A stretch of 64,000 bases of DNA from Pirellulales bacterium (GTDB lineage Bacteria; Planctomycetota; Planctomycetia; Pirellulales; JADZDJ01): contig CAVZCV010000003.1 in NCBI GenBank assembly GCA_963773875.1, forward strand, positions 69,433 to 133,432. Direction: 5' to 3'. The notes below the pieces were generated by a model that was given only the letters and a program-made list of their open reading frames with translations, had not been told where the DNA came from and did no database searches. Below, one piece after another: positions 11,157 to 19,827 of the stretch; position 1 is the stretch's first letter, and the number at the start of each line of letters is the position of its first letter. A program made the translations under genes and the position numbers.

Positions 11157-11819
11157 GTGCGACGAGCTCCGCGGTTTTCATTACGCGCACTGCTGGCCGT
11201 GTTAGCAACGGTTGCGCTGGCACTTGCCATTTGGGTTTCGTTTCGCGTGGCGCAGGAGAATAAGGAGCTTCGTGTTGAAAATGATCAACTGCGAATCAAA
11301 CTGCGCAACGAGTTCGGCGAGCTGGAAATTACCGACGCCAATCGAAACAAGTTGCAGGCCATTTCCATTCCAACGCTGGAACCGATGACGTGGAAATGGC
11401 GCGTGTATGTGCCACCCGGGCGAACATTCATGCTCTGGTCTGAAATTAACGGTGTGTCCGACTCGAACCTTCCACAGCGCGGCTCAGGTTGTTCAATTGG
11501 ACCTGGCGAGCAAGTGGTTACGATCGCACTTAGAAAGGATGAGAGTAAAGGAACATGGAACTGGGTTGAGAAGACCGGCACGACAATTTGCGGACCGATT
11601 CTGCCGCCTAGTCTTTCTAAATGGATTGATCGACCTTCAAGTATTGTAGAACGGCATGCGGGGGCGACTCAGGTCGAAATGGCAGAGACCGGAATGCCGT
11701 TGGAGTTGCTTCGGTTCAGGTCGTTCCCGTTACCGAAAGATGGTGGCCCCACATCGCTCTCTGGCATTGGGGACGGCATATTAGTTTGGATTGCGGAGGA
11801 GAAGGACGATTCAAAATAA
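11157..11819 (+). CDS. Membrane-anchored coiled-coil protein (paralog A of a tandem pair)
   Basis: GTG start with a GGAGAAGG RBS. Has a TM helix 'LRALLAVLATVALALAIWV' and a coiled coil 'AQENKELRVENDQLRIKLRNEFGELEI'. Also the conserved 'ISIPTLEPMTWKWRVYVPPG'. The 4 nt just before the start are the end of tilS. Confidence 0.65.
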   Translation: MRRAPRFSLRALLAVLATVALALAIWVSFRVAQENKELRVENDQLRIKLRNEFGELEITDANRNKLQAISIPTLEPMTWKWRVYVPPGRTFMLWSEINGVSDSNLPQRGSGCSIGPGEQVVTIALRKDESKGTWNWVEKTGTTICGPILPPSLSKWIDRPSSIVERHAGATQVEMAETGMPLELLRFRSFPLPKDGGPTSLSGIGDGILVWIAEEKDDSK

Positions 11820-11839
11820 TATGCACAATCGCGCTCTCC

Positions 11840-12480
11840 ATGTTTAATCGCCGCATAAATTTTTCGCTGCGTGGCATTTTCACGCTCATCGTGCTGGTCG
11901 CCGTCGGCCTGGCATTGTGGGTGTCGACTCGTGTCGCCGATGAGAACAAAAGATTACGCGCGGAGAATACGCGACTGCGAAATGAATCGGGGCAGCTCAC
12001 GATTGAACCGGGCGAAGAGAACAAAGTTCACGCAATCAAGATTCCAACGTTGGAATCGTACACTTGGCGATGGCGCGTCTATGCGCAGGGGGTCGTCCTA
12101 TTAGCTTGCGCGTCTCCACGGAGAGTACCAATGGCGATGGCAAACCGGCTGGCTCAGGTTCGAGTTCGACGCTCCTCTCGTCGGGTGAGACTCTCGTTAC
12201 ACTGGCCTTGCGCCGCTCGCCAAAAGGCCGCTGGGAATGGGTCATGCAAGAGACCGATGGTGCAGGATCGGGTGAAGGTCGCAGTGGAATTTCGCTGAAT
12301 GCCGAGAACGCGGAACTGCTGATCGATAACAACACATCCAGCGCTTCGGGAGTTTACCAAACCACGACGGCGGCCGAGCTGGGTCACGATATGGAACTGC
12401 TGAATTTAAGCATCACGGCGTCGTCGGCCGGAAAAATCCGAGAGACGATCAGGGCGACTATTCACGATGGTTCTCCTTAA
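11840..12480 (+). CDS. Membrane-anchored coiled-coil protein (paralog B), split by an indel near 12090 as assembled
   Basis: 'MFNRRINFSLRGIFTLIVLVAVGLALWVSTRVADENKRLRAENTRLRNE...IKIPTLESYTWRWRVYA' in frame 2. Then 'GETLVTLALRRSPKGRWEWVMQETDG' in frame 1. Both parts are colinear with paralog A. Confidence 0.6.
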
Positions 12481-12573
12481 GATGCCGGCGGATTTCGACA
12501 CCGTGGTCGATCGATGGCGGGCGTAACGGAGAATGCGCAGCCAATCTGCAGAGCAAAGCTGACAAATGCCGGC

Positions 12574-13683
12574 CTATTCCAGTTCTTCCAGCCACACTCG
12601 AATTTCGTTCTCGTATTCGCTGGCCAGGCCGCCGACGATTAGTTGACGATGGAAACTCGCGGCGCCTTCCTTCACGAGGTCCGCGGCTTCTGCGCTCGGG
12701 AAGCGTTTGTTAGCGTCCGGAGCAATCAGCCGGCTGCAGAAGTTCATCAGCAGATCGTTGCGGCTCACTTCTTCCGGCATCAAATGCGGCAGGCGTTGCG
12801 GCAAGCTGAGTTTGGCTTCCAGCAGTTCGCGATACGTCGTCATGCCGGCGAACGGTGAGCAGCCGGAAAGCATTTCCACTAGCACGTAGCCGAGGCTCGC
12901 TAGATCGGAGCGGGCCGTGCAATCGCGACCTTCCAGAACCTCGGGTGCAGCATAGGTGGGGGTGCAAGTGCGCAAAGGAGGCACGGAATCGAGCCGGAAC
13001 GCCGAGCCGATGTCCACAATTTTCGCGTTGCCGGTGCGCTTAAGCATGATGTTCGACGGCTTAATATCGCCGTGCACAATGCCATCGCGATGCAGCGCGG
13101 CCAGCGCCGCCAGGCATTCACGTACAATATTGATTGCAATGCCTGGCTTGATGCGTGGCTGCTGCGGACCGGCCGTAATAATGACGTTGTTCAAATACGC
13201 CCAGCGTTTTTCGCTCACCCGCTGGCGAACGTTGGCCAACATGTCGAGCGTCATCAGTTGGCTCAGGTCGTAACCATCGATCCACTCCATTTCCATCATG
13301 CGGATGCGGTTGCGATCAACGAAATTGTGCACGTCCAGCAAATTGTCTTGCTGAATTTGCGAAACCCGGGCTGCCACATCCGCAATGCGGCTCATTGCTT
13401 CGTCGTAACTGCGGGCATCTTCGTAGCGCTCAGGTGAGAAGATTTTGAGCGCCACTGGCAGCGTGAAGCCATCTGCCCCGCGCCGCTGACTTAAATACAC
13501 AACACCTTGACCGCCGGAACCCAAAAGGCGCATCAAGCGCAAGTGCTCGGTCCAACTCATGCGCTGATCGTCGACAAGCGACTTGTAGCGATCGAGCAGG
13601 TCATCAGGACAGCGGAGCGATTGGCCGCCTCCCTGCGTAATGGTCAGGCGGTTTTCAAAGAGATAGGTCGTATTCATTAGCAT
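12574..13683 (-). CDS. Serine/threonine protein kinase
   Basis: 'LGSGGQGVVYL' G-loop with 'ALK' and 'HRDIKPSNIML'. Also the 'DIGSA' DFG-equivalent and 'APE'. The start could lie up to 13782. Confidence 0.88.
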   Translation of the reverse strand: MLMNTTYLFENRLTITQGGGQSLRCPDDLLDRYKSLVDDQRMSWTEHLRLMRLLGSGGQGVVYLSQRRGADGFTLPVALKIFSPERYEDARSYDEAMSRIADVAARVSQIQQDNLLDVHNFVDRNRIRMMEMEWIDGYDLSQLMTLDMLANVRQRVSEKRWAYLNNVIITAGPQQPRIKPGIAINIVRECLAALAALHRDGIVHGDIKPSNIMLKRTGNAKIVDIGSAFRLDSVPPLRTCTPTYAAPEVLEGRDCTARSDLASLGYVLVEMLSGCSPFAGMTTYRELLEAKLSLPQRLPHLMPEEVSRNDLLMNFCSRLIAPDANKRFPSAEAADLVKEGAASFHRQLIVGGLASEYENEIRVWLEELE

Positions 13684-13863
13684 CAACGTCCAGGGTGTCG
13701 ACAGAAGGCGGGTGGTATCCGTACCAGCACCCATTCTAGGCTGGACTGCAGGTCTGGGTAAAGGCGGAGATGATAGCTGCAACTGTCCGTTGTCATTTGT
13801 CCTTGGTCAGCTTCGTAAAACTGCTGCAGCAACAGACGACGAACTGCGGAAAACAAACAAAGA

Positions 13864-14832
13864 TCAGGTCGGCGTGCTACGCACCGGAAAGCCTAGTCGT
13901 TTATCCACCAAATTCATGAGCGGCTCGCCGCGCAAGTAGCGGCGTAAATTGCTGCAGAAGAAATCTGTCATGTTGTTGATGCGCCACCGGCTTTGCCCAG
14001 CGACGTGCGGCGTAAGCAGCACGTTTGGCAAATGCCAGAGTTTACTCGTCGGCGCAAGCGGTTCTTCGGCGGCGACATCGGCCACTGCGCCGGACAGATG
14101 GCCCGATTCAACCGCGGCAACCAAGTCTGCTTCGACGACAAGTTTGCCGCGCGCCATGTTCGCGAGAATCGCGCCGCGCTTCAACTTGGCCAACGTTTTT
14201 GTGTCGATCATCCACTTCGTTTGCGGGGTGAGTGGCACGCACAGCACAAGAATATCGACCTCACGCAGCATGTCGTCGAGCCGCTCAGCCGGCCACAATT
14301 CCGCGACATGTGCCGGTTTATCGACGGGAAACAAATCGGTGGCCAATATCCGCGTTTTGAAAGGCGCGAGCAGTTCCGCCACGCGTCGGCCGACGCCGCC
14401 AAACCCGACAATGCCCACTACGGAGTGATGCAAATCGCGCGTTGGCCGCCGAATGTATTCCTGTTTCTTCTGGGCTTCCCAGAACATGGGCAGACTCCGC
14501 AGCAAACTCGTGAGCAGCGCAATCGTGTGTTCTGCCACTTGATCGGAAAGCACGCCCGAGGCACTAGTCACCACAATCTCCGACTGCACCACGCTCGGCA
14601 CCAGCAAATGATCGAGCCCGGCGGCGGACGATTGAATCCACTTCAACCGGCCCTTACGCACGACCGCATCCCAATCAACCGGCACTTTCGGATGGCCACA
14701 AAACACGTCACAGTTGAACAGCTCCTCTGCGACACGTTCCTGCCCTGCATCGCAGATCTCCGCCTGCGGCGCTTCAGCTTGAATTTGCTCGATATGTTGC
14801 GCTTCAACGGGATAACAAAGGACGATACGCAT
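13864..14832 (-). CDS. D-isomer-specific 2-hydroxyacid dehydrogenase family protein (NAD-binding)
   Basis: 'GIVGFGGVGRRVAELL' Rossmann motif plus a catalytic His/Glu/Arg-type C-terminal region. An alternative ATG start is at 14877. Confidence 0.8.
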   Translation of the reverse strand: MRIVLCYPVEAQHIEQIQAEAPQAEICDAGQERVAEELFNCDVFCGHPKVPVDWDAVVRKGRLKWIQSSAAGLDHLLVPSVVQSEIVVTSASGVLSDQVAEHTIALLTSLLRSLPMFWEAQKKQEYIRRPTRDLHHSVVGIVGFGGVGRRVAELLAPFKTRILATDLFPVDKPAHVAELWPAERLDDMLREVDILVLCVPLTPQTKWMIDTKTLAKLKRGAILANMARGKLVVEADLVAAVESGHLSGAVADVAAEEPLAPTSKLWHLPNVLLTPHVAGQSRWRINNMTDFFCSNLRRYLRGEPLMNLVDKRLGFPVRSTPT

Positions 14833-14932
14833 TGCAGAAGTTGGAGAAGGATTTTGGATTTCGGATTTGCACGCCATGGCTACAGCGTACTACCAAGTGA
14901 TACGTTGGGAAATGAGTGATCGGACGCAGCGC

Positions 14933-15478
14933 TCATCGCTCCCATTTCACGTCATCGATGCCGGCCAATTGATTTGCCGCGCGCGCCAGCACGAACAATA
15001 AATCGCTCAGGCGGTTCAAATAAATTACTGCCAGCGGCGAAAGGTTGGCGTTGGGCTCGTCGCCCAAGGTCACCACGCGGCGTTCGGCGCGGCGGCAGAC
15101 GGTGCGGGCCAGATGCAGCCAGGCGGCAGGTTTGGTTCCACCGGGCAGAATGAAGGTTTTCAACGGCGACAGATCGGTGTCGAATTTGTCGATTGCTTTT
15201 TCGAGCGCGTCGATATGCTGCGCGCTCACCAAATTCGTGCCGCGCGATTTCGGATCAGGCGTCGCCAGTTCCGCACCCAAGTCGAAGAGTTCGTTTTGCA
15301 CACGTGCGAGCAATTGATCGATCTCCGTCGGTGGCTTCTCGCAGCGTACCAGGCCCAACACCGAATTCAATTCATCGACCGTGCCGTAGGCCTCGATCCG
15401 CGGATCGTCTTTTTTAACGCGCGGCCCGGCAAACAGCCCGGTTTCACCATCATCGCCGGTTTTTGTGTAGATTTTCAT
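14933..15478 (-). CDS. ATP:cob(I)alamin adenosyltransferase, PduO type
   Basis: 'MKIYTKTGDDGETGLFAG...RIEAYGTVDELNSVLGL' is the classic PduO/MMAB N-terminal signature. Length 181 aa. Confidence 0.88.
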   Translation of the reverse strand: MKIYTKTGDDGETGLFAGPRVKKDDPRIEAYGTVDELNSVLGLVRCEKPPTEIDQLLARVQNELFDLGAELATPDPKSRGTNLVSAQHIDALEKAIDKFDTDLSPLKTFILPGGTKPAAWLHLARTVCRRAERRVVTLGDEPNANLSPLAVIYLNRLSDLLFVLARAANQLAGIDDVKWER

Positions 15479-15616
15479 GTCAGCTGTAGGCGGCAGTCAG
15501 CGGTTGCCAGGCAGCAAATAGTCCGACCGTCCCGGTCGGATGTTTCTTGGGCGGTGAATACGGCACTTGCCGCCCTTATAATAAATGCTCACCGCATAAT
15601 TGGACACCCAAAGCGA

Positions 15617-16702
15617 ATGATGAATATGCCACGTCAATTATTTGTTGCGCTAACTGCGCTATTGTTGGTCGCGAAATCTTCTTTCGGCGACGATGCCCAG
15701 CCAGCGGCGTCGTCGATTGAATCCAAGTACCTCAAAAACATGCGGCAACTGACATTCGATTTTGCCAAAGCCGGCGAAGGATATTTTTCGCCGGATGGCA
15801 AATCGATCATTTTCCAAGCCCAACCAACGGAGTACATGTTCTACCAGATTTACACCCTGCCCCTAGCCAAGCCGCAAGGGGTCGCCAAGCCTCAGCTCGT
15901 TAGCACCGGGCGCGGACGAACAACGTGCAGCTATTTCGCACCGGATGGCAAAAGCATCATCTTTGCGAGCAGCCATCTTGATCCGCATCTGCCAGACACC
16001 GAATCGGCCGCCAAGAAACAACAGGAGGAAGATGCTAAGGCCGGCGTACATCGGCGCTATCAATGGGATTTCGATCCGTGGATGGAGATCTTTTCCGCCG
16101 ATTTGGATGGCAAACATTTGAAGCGACTGACCGACTCGCCCGGCTATGACGCAGAGTGCGCGTACACGCCAGACGGTAGGCATATCGTGTTCTGCAGCGA
16201 TCGCGGCGGTAACCCGAACATCTACGTAATGGATGCCGACGGCAGCAACGTCCGGCAACTGACGCACGCTTCTGGCTACAACGGTGGGCCGTTCACCTCG
16301 CCGGACGGACGCTGGGTAGTTTATCGGAGCGATCGCAAGAAAGAAGGTTGGCTGCAGATTCATGTGATTGGCTTCGATGGCCAGAACGACACGGCACTGA
16401 CAGACAACCAGGGTGTGAATTGGGCTCCGTATTGGCATCCGATCAAGCCATACATCATCTGGACAGGCGCCGACCATTCCGACCCGAAAGCCAGACCGAA
16501 CTACGACCTATGGTTGATGAAGTACGCCGAGCAGGATGGTAAGATTATCCCTGGCAAAGTTTGGCGGATCACCGACAATGCGGCCGCCGATGTGCTGCCC
16601 GTGTTTTCGCCCGACGGAAAACAGCTGATGTGGACGAGCAATCGCACCGACGACCATACGAGCCAACTGTTCATTGCCGACTTTGAATTGCCGGTGGAGT
16701 AA
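15617..16702 (+). CDS. TolB-like / PD40 beta-propeller repeat protein (secreted)
   Basis: Signal peptide 'MMNMPRQLFVALTALLLVAKSSFG'. Repeated 'SPDGK.I.F' blades ('YFSPDGKSIIFQA', 'YFAPDGKSIIFAS', 'YTPDGRHIVFCSDRGGNPNIYVMDADGSN', 'FSPDGKQLMWTSNR'). The ORF track extends 5' to 15113, but that stretch overlaps the opposite-strand gene and is not coding. Confidence 0.8.
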   Translation: MMNMPRQLFVALTALLLVAKSSFGDDAQPAASSIESKYLKNMRQLTFDFAKAGEGYFSPDGKSIIFQAQPTEYMFYQIYTLPLAKPQGVAKPQLVSTGRGRTTCSYFAPDGKSIIFASSHLDPHLPDTESAAKKQQEEDAKAGVHRRYQWDFDPWMEIFSADLDGKHLKRLTDSPGYDAECAYTPDGRHIVFCSDRGGNPNIYVMDADGSNVRQLTHASGYNGGPFTSPDGRWVVYRSDRKKEGWLQIHVIGFDGQNDTALTDNQGVNWAPYWHPIKPYIIWTGADHSDPKARPNYDLWLMKYAEQDGKIIPGKVWRITDNAAADVLPVFSPDGKQLMWTSNRTDDHTSQLFIADFELPVE

Positions 16703-16788
16703 TCAACGATAGGCAGTGAAGAGTGGGGGCAGCTGAAGGTGCCGTTCGACTGACATCACATTCGATTCTCGAACCCGCGAGTTCTACG

Positions 16789-18402
16789 ATGTTTCAGACT
16801 GCCCGCACGACGATGATTCTGGCGCTGGCGCTGTTTATCGCTCCGCTCTTGTTGCGTGCCGCCGACGAGAAGGACAAACCTGCGGCAGCTAGCGCGACAG
16901 AATTCAAGAAAGAGCCCACCGAGGCGAAGAAGGATGACGCCAAAAAAGACGATGCGAAAAAGGATGAATCGAAATCCGATGCGAAAGCGGACAGCAAAGC
17001 CAAGGAAGAGTCCAAAGTCCCGACAACGTACACCGTGAAGAAAGGGCTGTTCAAGGTGGAGTTGTCGCTCGACGGCACGTTCGAATCGAAACGCAACAAG
17101 GAAGTGAGCATTGCACCGGAAGTGTGGAGCGATTTTTCTGTCGAGACGGCCGTCGATCAGGGCACGAAAGTCAAAGCCGGCGATACGCTAGTTGAGTTCG
17201 ATTCCAAGAAGATCGACGACCAAATCAAAGATCTAGAAGCAGGGCGCAAGCTCGCCGATTTGGCGCTCGAACAGTTGGAGACGGAAATCAGGTTGGCGGA
17301 GCAATCGCTGCCGCTCGATCTGAAGGCTGCTGAGCGGACCAACCGCTTGGCAGAAGCCGACTTGGATCGGTTCCTGACACAAGACCGTGAGCTCTCGCAA
17401 AAGCAGGCCGACTTCCTGGTGAAGATGTACGGCAACCAATTGGACTATGCCAAGGAAGAACTCAAGCAATTGGAAAAGATGTACAAGGCCGATGATCTGA
17501 CTGAAGACACGGAAGAAATCATCATGAAGCGCACACGCGATGAAGTGGAGCAGATGACGTTCTACTACGATTTGGCGAAAGTGATGCGCGAGCGGACGGA
17601 AAAAACGGAGCTGCCGCGCCGCGAGGAGATGCTGAAAGATTATGCCAGCCGCGCGGCTTTGGCATTGCAGAAAACACGGACCATGGCGCCCGCAGCGCTG
17701 GATCGGCAACGCTTGGAGCTGGAGCGGCAAAAGTTCGATCGCTCGAAGGCGGCCGATAAGCTCAGCAAGCTACAGCACGATCGGGACCTAATGAAAATCA
17801 CCGCGCCGACCGATGGCGTCGTGTATTACGGCAGCTGGACGCGCGGTCAATGGTCTGGCGGCAGCTCCGTAGCCCAGCGGATGCGTAAGGGTGGCCGCAT
17901 CTCGGCTGATGAAGTGTTCATCACGATTGTCGACCCCGACAGCCTCGTTGTGCGGGCCAGCGTGCCGGAGAAAGATTTATGGCAGATCAAACGTGGCCTG
18001 CTGGGCTCGATCGCTCCGACAGCCGATGGCGATCAGAGGCTGCCGGCGTCGCTCGATGCGTTCAATACAACACCCAACGCAGAAGGCAAATTCAGCGTCA
18101 CGCTGTTGGCCGATACCGCGCAGATGCCGAAGGATTATCCTGCGCCGGCGGCCGGTATGAATTGCAAAGTGAAACTCACGGCATATGAGAAGGACAATGC
18201 TCTGACTCTGTCCCTCAAAGCGCTGCAGACCGACAAGAACGATGAGGATCAGTATTACGTATGGCTGCCTGGCAAGGACGATAAGCCGGTTCGCAAGAAC
18301 GTAAAAGTCGGCCGCAAGAATTCGGACATGGTGGAGATTCTGGAAGGCCTTGCCGCGGGCGACAAAGTTTTGAAGGAAGGCCCCAAGGACGAGACTGATT
18401 GA
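16789..18402 (+). CDS. HlyD-family / membrane-fusion-like periplasmic adaptor protein with a long coiled coil and a Lys/Asp-rich low-complexity linker
   Basis: N-terminal TM/signal 'MILALALFIAPLLL'. Linker '(KKDDA)n'. Barrel/lipoyl-like 'YTVKKGLFKVELSLDGTFES'. A ~250 aa coiled coil, and a C-terminal beta domain 'ITAPTDGVVYYGSW'. An alternative GTG start is at 16723. Confidence 0.6.
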   Translation: MFQTARTTMILALALFIAPLLLRAADEKDKPAAASATEFKKEPTEAKKDDAKKDDAKKDESKSDAKADSKAKEESKVPTTYTVKKGLFKVELSLDGTFESKRNKEVSIAPEVWSDFSVETAVDQGTKVKAGDTLVEFDSKKIDDQIKDLEAGRKLADLALEQLETEIRLAEQSLPLDLKAAERTNRLAEADLDRFLTQDRELSQKQADFLVKMYGNQLDYAKEELKQLEKMYKADDLTEDTEEIIMKRTRDEVEQMTFYYDLAKVMRERTEKTELPRREEMLKDYASRAALALQKTRTMAPAALDRQRLELERQKFDRSKAADKLSKLQHDRDLMKITAPTDGVVYYGSWTRGQWSGGSSVAQRMRKGGRISADEVFITIVDPDSLVVRASVPEKDLWQIKRGLLGSIAPTADGDQRLPASLDAFNTTPNAEGKFSVTLLADTAQMPKDYPAPAAGMNCKVKLTAYEKDNALTLSLKALQTDKNDEDQYYVWLPGKDDKPVRKNVKVGRKNSDMVEILEGLAAGDKVLKEGPKDETD

Positions 18403-18445
18403 GCCACGGAGACACGGAGGCACAGAGAAGGACGAAAGGATTGCG

Positions 18446-19704
18446 ATGAAAACAAGATTGATCTCTCCGTGTCTCCGTGTCTCCGTGGTGATTTCGTTCG
18501 CCATCGTATTCGCGTCGCGGATTGTTGTCGCCGAAGAGCCGCAATCGGATGCGGAATCCACGAAACCGCGGGTCGTTAAACCGCGGGATGCGAAAGAAAT
18601 TAACGCGGCGATTGATCGCGGCGTGCGATTCTTACTTGGCGATCAGAACAAGGATGGCTCGTGGGGATCGGCGGGGAACAGCACGGGCATCGACGTTTAC
18701 GCGCCGATTCCAGGGGCTCATCAAGCGTTTCACGCCGCGGTGACGGCGCTGGCGATTTCCGCGTTGATTGAAGTCGGCGGCGACTCCACCGAGGTGCAAA
18801 ACGCGATTGATCGCGGCGAGAAGTGGCTGTTGGAAAAACTTCCCAAGGTTCGACGGGCAGAGCCAGAAGCGCTGTACAACGTTTGGACGCACAGCTACGG
18901 CATTTCGGCACTGGTCCACATGCTGAAGCGTAAGCCGGACGATGCGGAGCGCGCCGAAAAAATCAAGCAGCTCATTCGCGATCAATTCGGCATGCTCGAG
19001 CGGTACGAATGCGTTGACGGTGGCTGGGATTATTACGACATGCGGGCACACGCGCAGCATCCGGGCGGCGACGCGCTGAGTTTTTGCGCGGCGACGGGCA
19101 TCATTGCGCTCCGCGAAGCAAAGGATGCGGGCATCGATCCACCGCAGAAGATGGTCGATCGTGCGATCGCCTCGATCGAGCGACAGCAGAAGCCCGATTT
19201 TTCGTATTATTACGGCGAGTACTTGCAGTGGTACCCAATGATGCCGATCAATCGTCCCGGCGGAAGTTTGGGCGCTCGCAAGCCTGCAACTTGGCGCTGC
19301 GAATGTGGGGCGATACGAAAATTACCGACGAGCTAATGAACAGCTGGCTCGATCGGCTCTTTAATCGAAATATCTGGCTCGATATCGGACGCAAGCGGCC
19401 CATTCCGCATGAATCGTATTTTCAGGTGGCCGGATACTTTTATTACTACGGCCACTACTATGCGGCTCGGTGTGTGGAAGTACTGCCCGAGGCGAGCGAT
19501 CGGAACCGGCATTACGATCAGCTGGCGGAGCTGATTTTGAAGGTTCAAGAAAAAGACGGTTCCTGGTGGGATTTTCCGTTGTACAACTATCATCAGCAGT
19601 ACGGTACGTCGTTCGCGCTGATGACACTGGGCCGCTGCCGGCCGAAAGCGGTAGACAGTGAATCTAGTAGTCCAACTGTCCTAGCCGGACGCCAGCACCA
19701 GTAA
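18446..19704 (+). CDS. Secreted prenyltransferase/squalene-oxidase-repeat (terpenoid-cyclase-like alpha-alpha toroid) protein, with an indel near 19265 as assembled
   Basis: Signal peptide. Repeated 'QNKDGSWGS', 'CVDGGWDYY' and 'QEKDGSWWDF' (QxxDGSW-type) repeats. Both ORF halves (18446-19336 and 19084-19704) carry the repeats. Confidence 0.65.
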
Positions 19705-19827
19705 ACCGCCATTGTCGATTCTTCGGCGAGCCGCTATTCTCCGCGGCCCATAAATGCCCAACTTTGCTGGCGTGGTTCGCGCTTGAAGCGGATTGCGCTG
19801 GCGTTCTATTCAGGCAGGAGAATCGCC

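Noticed and set aside
15113-15616. 5' extension of the TolB-like ORF (track start 15113)
   Set aside because: It overlaps the well-supported PduO adenosyltransferase gene on the opposite strand. The encoded sequence is Arg-rich and non-protein-like. The real start is the ATG cluster at 15617-15628 with a signal peptide.
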